From positions 19,096,001 through 19,160,000 of the forward strand of contig JBHGNT010000002.1 in assembly GCA_043228905.1 (NCBI GenBank): DNA of 64,000 nt. The letters run 5' to 3'. Both the position numbers and the translations under genes were made by a program. The notes under the pieces are model-generated. The model had not been told where the DNA came from and did not search any database. It saw nothing but the letters and a program-made list of their open reading frames with translations. Source of the stretch: Azolla caroliniana. Taxonomy: Eukaryota > Plantae > Polypodiophyta. This document shows, one piece after another, positions 37,901 to 49,185 of this stretch (within the stretch, counting starts at the first letter, position 1; every line of letters starts with the position of its first letter).

Positions 37901-40900
37901 GCAGTTCAAGCCGACATGCCAACGTGAGACCAAGTGACAAGGATGGTGGTGGCAAGAAACGGGAACTGGCATTGCGGGAAGAGAGAACAAGCGGTCATGG
38001 CGGTATCAAGACGGCATGGCGGCCACTAATCGAAACTGGGCCTTCCGGAAAGAAACAAAGGGAGAGCGGGGAACCGACCCGGCCGGAAGACAAGTGGTGT
38101 CGCGACAAGGAAGGCGGAAGACGGCACATGACGGTGTTGGGAACGAGAGCACGAGTGTGTAACAGACTACGTGGGTTGGAGACCAGAAACAGGATCGAGG
38201 GCCGAAGAAGGATCCTCCACACTCGCTTCGGAGATCTCGGTGGCTCAGTTGGAGTGGCAGGCAAAACCGGAGGTAACAAGCTAGTGGGGGTGAGGGGACG
38301 ACGCCAAGCGGATGGCTCCGAACCCGTGGTAGCAGCGGAAGACAAAACTGGCCAAACGGGCTACTACGGTGTGTTCCTCGTATGCGGAGGACACCGGTAT
38401 GTGGAGACGCGGCGATACACGATCTGGCTGGGTGAGGGCTGACGACGCGTGCATGGGAAGTAACTAAAGTTTGGCAAGGGCGGTGCCGAACACAAGAAGG
38501 GGATGCGCGGCACACGGAGGTGCCAGAGCGGGAATACAGGCGCGAAGATGGGTTGCCGGTCTAGGTGATCTCGTGTAGAAGGCCGGAGAGGGATCGTCCA
38601 CACTGGTTCCGGAGACCTTGGCAGTTCGGCCGCCGTGGCAACATAAGACCAAGGAGAAGGTAGGTGGCGGCGAGGGGACGAAGGTGGTGGAGATCAGTGG
38701 AGAACGAGAATCGGGACGATGTGAAGGTCGATGGAGGCCAAGCGGGCCATCACGGGTGCTCCTCGAACGGAGGACACCGCGTATCTGAAGGAATGACAAG
38801 CATGCATGCGGTCGAAAGAAGGGCCAACGGGGAAGCACGGACACAACGGGGAGGCAAGTGCAGAGCCGACGGTTCGGACCGGCAAGGCCAACACGGCAGC
38901 CGGAATGCGGATTACAGAAGTCCGGTTCCTCACAGGCTAGAATCTCTCACCCTTCTCTCAACTTGGCACGTACCGATGGACGTGTGGTTTTATGGGGGCG
39001 GATATCACGAAGATTCCGGGTCATGGTGAGAAACCGGGGAATATCGGAAGCATCAGCAAAGTGTATCATGTGCATTTACCCTTGTATAAACGTGTGAATA
39101 ATAAGGGTGCCTTTTATGGCGCCGAGTAGGAGTTAAGTCGGACAGAGAATCCCATGTAAATTGGGATTTATTTCACATTGCTTCTTCTTCATTGGGTTTG
39201 TACTTTGGTCTTTTCACCCTATTTTGTTTAGGGTTTTTTTTGAGTCTTCTTCTTCATTGTCTAGTGGGTTTGGTTCACTCTTTTGAGTGGAGGTTAGTAT
39301 TCTGTTTAGGTCCTTCTTTGTGTGAGAGTTTGGTTTGGTTTGGGGGTTCCTACAACAACGACTTTAGGCGTTCCGGTGGCAACACTTGGTGATGCGGCTT
39401 CCTCGCCTCAATGGAGAGCATTTCGTGTGGTGGCCGGTTCGAGAAGCCTACAAAGCTTAAGGACTCCACCATCCATCTCCCTAGTCGAAGAGCCCCGCGG
39501 TCCGGCCTAAGATACTACACATACCCGTGGAATACCGCGACACTGCGAAATGGAAAGGGAAGGTAACGCGCGACCGCGCGTCGTCACAGCCAGGAGCGGG
39601 CACACAACAACAAGTATTAGCGAAGGTCGATGTCAAGGCCCTAGTCCGGGAAGTGTACGAGGCTCTAAAGGCGATGGTTGACGAAGAAGAGAGATCCGGC
39701 ACGCGGACAGATTCCGGAAACTCAAAGCTAGTCGGCCTTCTGGACAAGGCGGGCATGGCCCATGCAAAGGCCGAAGAATGGTACGACGGTATGACGAGAG
39801 AGGGTGTGTAGCAAGACGCCCTCTTGACTTGCGGAGAAAGACTGGCCGAGGAGGAGGTCGGGAGCGGAGAAGAGCCCTCCACGTTCCGGAGACTCCGGTA
39901 GTCGAGCCCGTGTGCCGACATAAGACCGGAGAGATGGAAGGCGCCAGCGAGGAGTCCTAGCACGATACCAACAAAGATGGATGGGAAACGTCCTGTGCCG
40001 ACGTCGAGGACGAAGCCGCGGTAGAGAAGAAGGAGGAAATGAGAGGTGGCGCCGAAGGGAGCGGAATCGGAAGTTGACCCGATGGGGATCAAACTGGTAG
40101 GCATTCTGTTTCGGATGGAGCACGATCCGGATGTGGATGGTTCGACCAAAACCGGCATGAGACACGGAAGACAAGGGAGAGGCAGTAGAGCCCGATCGAC
40201 AGGGGCTGGGTCCGGTATGAAGGTGTCGATATGGAAGAGGCTGCGGAACAAGCCACCCTCTTTACATGGGGAGAAAGATCCACCAAGGCGACGGTCGGAG
40301 TTCGGGAAGAAGATGATCGAGGGTACGGAACGAGTCTGGCGGGATCGGCATCGGAGCCAAAACTCCAGACATTGGAGAATAAAGCCCAGGCGGGGCTTTA
40401 TCGATCATAGAGTGGAGGCTTTCCACCGACACCACTAAAAGGGTCAGTGGCCTCGGACGAGTTGTCGGGAGTCATTTTTGAATCAGTATCCCCACATCTC
40501 ATCAAGAGACTCCGATAGCCGGTCCAAGAGCTGGCGTGAGACCTAGAGAGATGGACGATGGAGGCGGGAGAACAACAAGGAGGTCGACGACGAGTTCGAG
40601 AGAAGAACTGGGAAGCGGAGGAATGAAGACCGGTCCTATGGGTCACTCACACTGGGCTAGAGACTTCGGTGGTCGGCATTGGATCCGACATGAGACTGAG
40701 ATACTGACGGTGGTGGCAGGAGAACGAGACCCGACAATGCGGAGTGACAGACGGGCCTAGATGAGAACCGGGGAAGTGGACTTCCGGATAACCGATCCGG
40801 AAGGGTGGAGGAAGCAGGCCTACGGAGAGGCCGGGAACTGGGTATGGTGGTACCACGGGAGAGGGTGTAGAGCAAGCGAACCTCTCGACATGCAGAGAAG

Positions 40901-40940
40901 GAAGACCCGAGATAGGGTTGGAAAGACGAGAGGCCCAAGG
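34980..40940 (+). mobile_element. Degenerate B-family gypsy element G (gag relic), split by H and cut by I
   Basis: VVERVSHFNGDKVPFFLEAYNAEM aligns with element B gag VVGTIGRFSGKDATKYLASYGAEM. The sequence resumes at 39543. Confidence 0.65.
35499..39542 (+). mobile_element. Non-autonomous LTR element H with tRNA-Trp PBS
   Basis: 5' LTR 35499-36475, PBS TGGTGAACCCGACGTGAA at 36480-36497, PPT GGGGGCGGA, internally deleted 3' LTR 39003-39542. No RT or integrase. Confidence 0.85.
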
Positions 40941-41293
40941 TGTCACAGACGTAGACGAGGGCAAGGATAAGTACACGAGGTCAATATTAAAAAAGAGAGA
41001 AAGATAGATATATAGATAGAGAACAAGAGAACAAGAGAGAGAGGGTAGAAAAAAGAGCGAGAACTAAATTATGCTTCCGTAACTGGTGTTGTTCACCTTG
41101 ATTGTAATCAAGGTTAACCGAAGTATTTATACAAGAATGTGGTGGTATGCATGTAAGCTAGGAAACATCTAGAGAATGCATGGAAACTTCTAGAGAGTGC
41201 ATGTCTATGCATTCTCTAGAAGTTTCTTGAAAGTTCTAGTGATTAACTTACAATGTAATAAATTGAAACTTATACAATACAATAATGCATAGA

Positions 41294-41364
41294 TGGAATG
41301 TAGCTAAATTGGTAAGGTTGCCCAATAAGACCAAGAGGTCATGTGTTTAACCCCCTACATTCCA
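41294..41364 (+). ncRNA. tRNA-like (Pol III type-2 promoter) cassette within an LTR, antisense to the element
   Basis: Acceptor-like stem TGGAATG/CATTCCA, A-box TAGCTAAATTGG, variable-loop AGGTC, degenerate B-box. The anticodon stem does not pair, so it is not a functional tRNA. Confidence 0.6.
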
Positions 41365-42294
41365 TCGTGTCTATGACATTATCCTCCCTGTAAGGCCGCC
41401 TCCCGGGACTCACGGCTGGCTTAAGTGGGTATCGTTGATGAAAATCGTGAATGCCCTCTGGAGCATTCGGTAAATGTGTAATTGGTTTATATGTGGCATA
41501 CGAAATGGGGTAACCTTTCCATAAGACCAAATATTGGAGCTGTCGACGACGATATCGAGAGTCGAGGATTTTGTCAACCTCATATTCTTCACTCGTCGAC
41601 AATACCACAGGTGGCGGTGGAGGAGGGTGTCGTCCTGGAATTCGAGAAGGATGGTAGAGTTCAAGGAGGGAAACGTGAAAAACATCGTGAATCCTGAATG
41701 TTGGAGGAAGTGTTAACTGGAAGGCGACTAGGTTGATCCGCTCGGTGATACGAAAGGGGCCTAGTCTTTTGTAGTCCAATTTTGCACAAGCACGTGTGGT
41801 TGTTACCCAGACAAGTATGGATGCGGCGAAGTTGGAAGGATGTTCAGAGTCGGAGTCGGAGTCAGATCGACAGTTCGGATCGATGACTCAGCAAATAGCC
41901 GAATAGGACATAGTTAATTACGAAGTTTTGTAATTCTTGTTAATTATAGACAATAGGATTTCTTGATGAGAAAAGACCTTCGGGTAAAAATATATCGTTG
42001 TATTTAGTAATATAAAGTTTAGTTAGGAAATCTCTGTGTACGGATTGCTTCTTGCCATCTAGTTCTTTCTGTCTAAACCATATTACATAAGTCACGATCT
42101 CGGTGTCTATTATGACCGATAAGTTTACAGATAATTTGTATCTATTCGTTTAAACCACAACTTCTTGATAGAACGTTCGGTACGAACGTTCGTCTTATAC
42201 TGTGTCGGCAAAATAGCAATTGTCGATCGAACAACACAGCATAATTTTGGCACGCCTGGTTACATCTGCACATAACAGAGAACAAGACAAATGG

Positions 42295-45200
42295 ATGTTG
42301 TCTAGTCCGTATACACCAGTTGGTTGTAAACGTCCTCGAACGCGTTCTATTACGAAGACGCTAGAGACAGAATCGGCTAAGGGATTACAGCCAGAAACAA
42401 GTAGAAGGTGGTCAGTACTTCTTGATTTAACTGATAGCCAATCTTCCAATGAAAATCAGCCAGAAGAGGTATCATTTTACGATATCTGGAGTGAGGACAA
42501 TATGCCTTATCCATACTCGAAGTTCCGTGAGGGAGCTAATGCAGAAGCACATGTGAGGGATTTTCTAACAACATGGGAGATTAACCATGGAGCTTAGAGA
42601 CTGTCGGCGGCAGCCGAAGATAAGTCTAAGATTGTTGAGTTCGTTTTGTCATTGGAGGGTTATTCCGCTAATTGATTTGCGCAAAATGGTCTTCGTGGGT
42701 TCGAAACATTCGAACAATTGAACAACAAATTTTTGTAGTTATGTCATCATCAAATACCTCAAAAAGATTTGATAGCGCAATTTTATGTGTTGTATCAGGA
42801 GCAACAAGAAATGGTGTCTCAATTCATGATTCGTTTTCAGAATTTGCAACTGCAAATTTCTAGGCCTATTCCAAATGATGAATTGAAGGATGTATTCCTT
42901 GAAGCAATTCGTGAACCATTACGAACAACACTGAAGGTGTTCGATTTCCGGAATTAGAATATCGAGCAAGTGATTGATAAGGCAATCGCTATGGGCCAAC
43001 AGCCGATAAATGTACAGAGTATGGATATGTTAGCACTAAATCGTACACTGCTAACGATGGAGGAGTTACAATTTCGACAAGCAGTTCAGTGTACTACTTA
43101 TTTAAATACCGGTCATTCGATGATCGAATGGAGTCCGCGAACACATTGCACAATATGTCATTCTAAACTTCATTCGGTTGAGCAATGTGAGTATAACTTG
43201 CTTAATAAAACGCCGGCTCCGGTAAGACAAATTTTTCCGGAAAATGGGTACCATAATAATCAGAATTCGTTTAATAATGGATACCAACAAAATAGTTTTC
43301 CACAAGGTCAACAAAATAATTTTCAAAAAAATCAAACCTTTCAACAAAATAAATTCCAATAGAATCCAGCTTTTCAACAAAATAATTAGTCTTTCCAACA
43401 AAGTAATTTTCAACACAATCAAGATTTTCAACAAAATCAAGAATTCTCGATACCACCGAATATGCATCAGCAACAGCAAAATGGAGGACGGTTTAAGCAG
43501 AACCGGTATAAAAATAAAAAAATTTACAAGCCGAAAGCCTCACGACAGTTTCAACAATCGCCGAATGATGGTCAACAGTTTATGCAAAATGATGGGAGTA
43601 GTCAGTTTGAGCAAGGTGAGGGAAGTGGAACGTTTGTTCCTACTTGCTATATTTGCCGTCAAACTAGTCATTATGCTAATCAGTGCCCTGCTAAAGGAAA
43701 AGGACCGACAGTTAATATGGTTATACTGGAAATACAGCAAGTAATCACTTGAAGCAAAAATAAACAATCCGAATGGGAGATTCAGGAAGCAGTCCGGAAA
43801 GCAACCAAGGAATGGGTAGAGGAAGCAAACAAAAATAATGTAAACCAGATGCTCCAAGACAATGAAATTAACCAAGCTATTGAATTACCAGGAGTGATTG
43901 TTGTACCAGAACAAGAGGAAGCTTGGAAGCTCTTGGCAGATTGCCAAGTGTCATTACCACTGACCGGATTACTTAAGTTGGTCCCTAGATTTACTGAAAA
44001 AGTGGTGACATTGATTGCCCAAAAGGGGTTAGAACAAGTATCGGTACACTATAGTCAGCCGAGCACTAACCCTTCAATCATGGATGAGCAAAATCCATCA
44101 ATTAAAGTAATAATTCAGGGTCAGGAAATAAAAAATATGATTATCGATGGGGGCTCAGGAGTGAATGTCATTAATAAAACCACCTGTGATAGGTTGGGAA
44201 TTACTAAATGGGAAGCTTGCCCATTTTGGCTCAAAATGGCGGATACCACAACGGTATGACCAATTGGTTTACTCCGCCAATTAGAGGTGGTATTAGGTGG
44301 TCATAGTTTTCTAATATCGACAGTAATACTTCATTTGGAAGCTCCTGGTGCATATCCTTTGTTATTAGGGCGACCGTGGTTAAAGACTGCTAACATCAAG
44401 CAAAATTGGAATCAGAATCAACTAACATTCAGAAAAGGCAAAACGAAAATCCGAGTTTCGACACAGAACAAGGTTGCGACAAGCAAACAATGTTGGAAGG
44501 ATTAGACGAGGTCGAAGAAAATCAATATTTTGATGATACTCCAAAAATCATTCCTTTGTTCGAAGTAGATATTTTACAAGCCTTGATGCCATATGTGGAT
44601 TCCCAGGAGGAATTGCCAATAGATGAGCAAGCAATGAAGGAAATACGACTCTAGCAAGAAGCTACTGATAGAGACATGAAGGTGTCCCAACGAGTTCAAG
44701 CTTCAACATTGAAGGAAATAAATTTGGCAGAAGAAGATGGGGATAATGAGTTGAAAACAGTACTCATTGCGAAAGATATGATAAAAGCGGACAAACAAAG
44801 GTTAACAACATTATTAAAGCAATATAAGGATGTCTTTGCCTAGTCTTTTGAAGATATGAAGGGACTAGATCCAACTTTTTGTCAACATCAAATCAACCTG
44901 CATAAGGATGCAAAGCAAGTTCAACAACGCGCGTATTGATTAAATCCTAATTATGCTATTAAAGTTAAAGAAGAAATAGATAAACTTTTGAAAGTAGGGT
45001 TTATTCGTCCGGTGAAAAAATCGACATGGTTAAGTCCAATCGTCGTAGTGCCGAAAAAGAATGGCAAAATTCGAGTATGTCTCGACTACCGGAAACTAAA
45101 TGCGGTTACCGTTACGGATGCGTGTCCATTACCATTTACGGATGTATATTGGATGTGGTAGCTGGCCATGAAGTATATAGTTTCCTAGATGGTTTTAATG

Positions 45201-47566
45201 GTTATAATCAGGTTCGGATGAATCCAGAAGATCAAGAAAAGACAATTTCTGTTACAAAATGAGGAGTGTTTGTAGCAGTAGTAATGATGTTTGGCTTGAA
45301 GACCGCTCCAGCGACATTTCAAAGAGTTATACAGGAAATATTTGGGAATTACATTCCTGCCTTTATGTAAGTATTTTTGGATGATTTTGCTGTTTATAGT
45401 CGGAAAACCGAACATTTTGAGCATTTACGACTATGCTTGGAGAAATGTTGGGAAGGACGACTTAGTTTAAATCCGGCAAAATTGCATTCAGGGTCACTAG
45501 TGGCACATTATTAGGCCATATTGTCAGTCAGGAAGGAATTGCCGTGGACTCTGACAAGGTTAAGGCCATACTGCAAGCACCGGCACCCACAAATGCTAAA
45601 GCTCTCAGTCGGTTTTTGGGACAGATTAGATGCCACACCCGAATGATAAGATATCTTGCGGATATTGCCATTCCCTTGCATACAACAGTACACAAGGTTC
45701 CTTTTCAGTGGGAAAGCGTGGAACAAGATGCATATGATTGTCTGAAGAAAATGTTGTCCAAAGTTCTAGTTGTTTAACCACTTGACTGGAATAAGCCATA
45801 TCATGTTTTTGTCGACGCATTGGACATCGCAATCGGAAGTGCATTAATGCAATTAACCGAACCGAATTGGTACAGGCCAGTTTACTATGCTAGTTGGAAA
45901 CTCTCGACAACAAAAAGAAATTACTCTACCACTGAGAGGGAAGCTTTAGGAATGATATATAGTGTCAATACATTTTGACAATATCTTTTGGGGAAAAAGT
46001 TTACATTTCATGTTGATCATTCGACTCTTCTTTATTTGGTCTCGAAACAAGAGTTAACTGGCAAGTTAGCAAGATGGACTCTTCTACTCCAAGAATTCGA
46101 ATTCGACATTTTACATCGGCCAGGAGTACAACATTCAGTGGCCGATTATCTCAGTCAACTGGAGTCAGGAGAAGAAGGCATAGGTGTCAAGGATGATTTT
46201 CCGGATGGTCAGCTTTTTCGAGTGGAAGTAGTAAATGCACAGGGTGTAAATGAAGAAAGTGAGGATGGTTGGATCTCAGAAATGACAATCTTTCTTACAA
46301 CAGGGTTACCACCCAAACATCTATCAGTAGACGAAAGGAAAAGGTTGGCGGTACGAAGTCGTAATTTTTTGTCTTTTGAACGACACTCCGTATCATAAAG
46401 GAGCAGATGGTATTTGGAGAAGAATAGTACGACAATTCGAAAAATCGGTCATTCTTCGGGAATCACACTGTGGAATTGTAGGAGGACATTATGCTGGAGA
46501 AACCACAACAAGAAAAATATGGAACATTGGCTTATGGTGGCCGACCGTGATGAAGGATGCAGTCTAATATTGTCGGAAATGTGATTTATGCCAACGTATG
46601 GGACAACCAACAGAAAGGGACCGAATGCCGTTTCAACCTGTGTTACCTCTTGAACCTTTCCAGAAATGGGGTTTGGATTTTGTAGGCCCATTCAAACCGG
46701 CAGCAGTAAGAACAGGCAATAGATATATTATAGTGGCTACTGACTACTGTACGAAGTGGGTAGAAGCTAAAGCTCTTAGGGATAATACGGCAGCTTCAAT
46801 AGCAAAAAAATTGTACGAAAGTATATGGTGTCGATTTGGCTGCCCAATAGAATTAATGAGCGATCAAGGTACCCATTTCATTAACAAACTTGTTCATGAA
46901 TTGTCTACCTACTATGCAGTGGTTCATAAGAAAAGCACACCTTACTATCCAGAAGCGAATGGATTGGCAGAATCGACAAACAAAACTCTACAAACGATAC
47001 TCAAGAAGATAGTAAATGAGAATCGTACGAACTAGGATCAAAAGTTGCATAGTGCTTTATGGGCATATCACACGTCGTACAAAACATCTATTAAGTCAAC
47101 ACCTTTCCGAATGGCTTTTGGATTGGAGGCAATTATGCCAATCGAATTCTAGATTTTGACACTCCGAATACAGGCAACCGAAAAATTAAATGAACTTCAA
47201 TCAAAGCAAATTCGGAAAGAATCTTTATTGCTGTTAGAAGAAGACCGATTACAAGCTATGACAACTTTGGAACTCAAGCAAAGGAAAACGAAGGCATTTG
47301 TAAATCGACACCGACGAAAAACTGAATCTCAATTCGGAATCGGGAAACTAGTACTGGTTTTCCAGACCAAGATGGGGGCGATGCCAGGAAATCTTTGGTA
47401 TAGATGGACGGGACCAGTTTGGATCATGAACAGTAAAAATGGTACGTATCAAATGGGAGCCCTATCAGGTGAGATTTTATCGAAATGGGTGAATAGTTTT
47501 CGGCTTAAACCATATCATGGACACATGCTGGAAAACCCATTCAAGGCTGAATCGGAAGAAAAGTAA
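42295..47566 (+). pseudogene. gag-pol of element J (decayed)
   Basis: Knuckle CYICRQTSHYANQCP, protease IIDGGSGVN, RT FLDGFNGYNQ/MFGL/FLDD, integrase WGLDFVGP and YYPEANGLAE. Confidence 0.93.
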
Positions 47567-49185
47567 AAAAAAGAAAGAAAGAAAGAAAAAAAAGAAAAAA
47601 AAACTAACTATAGAATATTTTCTTGCCAAATCATAACTAACTATCACAAAGAGATTCTTGGAGTAATTTCAAAAGATTATAAGTAAAAGTAGTGGAGGCA
47701 TATTTCTATTAGTCATTATTATTATTTCTAGCCATCACTCCACTAGTACGCCCAGTCATTACAACATTAATAGTACTTTTTATTCCCTAGGCATCATGCA
47801 AAAAATTAATCTCTTAAAACCTATTTTTGTAATGACTGTATCACCACAGAAGCAGGAACGCATTCGAGCTCACAGGTTTTCTGATTTTAGTCACCATAGC
47901 CCACAACGTTTCTCACAGCCATCACTGAGTGACGATCTATCAATCGACGATGACAACATGCTGATTGACGTATCTCACAACTTGCGTCGCTGGCTCGTTT
48001 GCAATAAGTTATAGGGATTTTTGAAAGTCGCAGAAGCAGAGCCGCACCCGAACGTGGAAGCTCTGTTGGCAAAAATCGATGTCTTGACGATCACAAATAA
48101 GAAGGTAAGAGCCGAGTTGGAGATGCCAAGAGGTGGGTTCGACGCTGTTAACAAGGTCACAAAGGATGTGTTGCGGTCCTATTTCAATGAATATTCGCCC
48201 TCTACCAAAGCGTATCAGACACAAGGAGGTAGGGACGTGTTTTTTTATGAAGTTGCAAAATTTTTACTGGAAGCAGGGTTTGTTAGTCCCAGATTCTACT
48301 GTATGCCCAAAAAGAGGGCCGGATTTATTATCGCCGCTTACGAAGGCGAAGCTTTCGATTGGGGGCTACTGTTGGCAGATGCTCTCAGAGAACAACTGAA
48401 CGGAGTTCAGAAAGGAAAACCAATGAAGCCGATTTTTGCTCATTGGTTATCGATATTATTTCCAACTTCAGAGCCGGAAAACCGATCAGAGGTGCGTCGG
48501 CCGCCTCAGGTACAATCATCCCGAACCCGACGACAAGTCCAACGGGAAGACTAGAGGGAAGAAGAATCAACGCAGGACGATACCACTCAGACCGAATTTG
48601 ACCAACCGGACCCAAGGCACCAACAAGAATCAGAACAACAACAATCGACGCAGTCTCAACAGTCGATACCGCAACCCGAACATGCCCAACAATCGCCTAC
48701 TCAACTGTCGGGGTTTCAACCACAGAGGATGCTGTAAACGTAAGTGTTTGCGGAAGCGTAAAACAGAGAACAACACACAAAGAGAGAGAGAGAGAGACAG
48801 AGAGAGACAGAGAGAGCAGAACACAATTTCAAAATTATATCAAGACTCCTGTACACACACTGTGCTAAGTAGCACTATTTATACAAGTCCTCTTGGGACT
48901 GACAGAAGTACCATGTACTTCAATGCTCACACGAGCATCTGACACTTACTACGAGACTATAGCTACCTAGTAGTCTATCCTATACTAGGCTTCCGATTGG
49001 ACTTCCGGTTACGAATTGCACCCGGCCTCCACTGCTTGCCGGTTCAGTTGCTCACCGTAATACCGATCCATTTCGCTCGATCCGTCTCGCTTACCGGCTC
49101 CGGCTTATTCAGCCGATCCGACTCCGGTTGAGCTTGCCGCTCAACACTCCCCCTCAAGCTCAACCTGAGGTGGGGTCGTAGTGTC

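Noticed and set aside
41294-41364. Functional tRNA gene
   Set aside because: The anticodon and T stems do not pair properly; kept only as a tRNA-like cassette.
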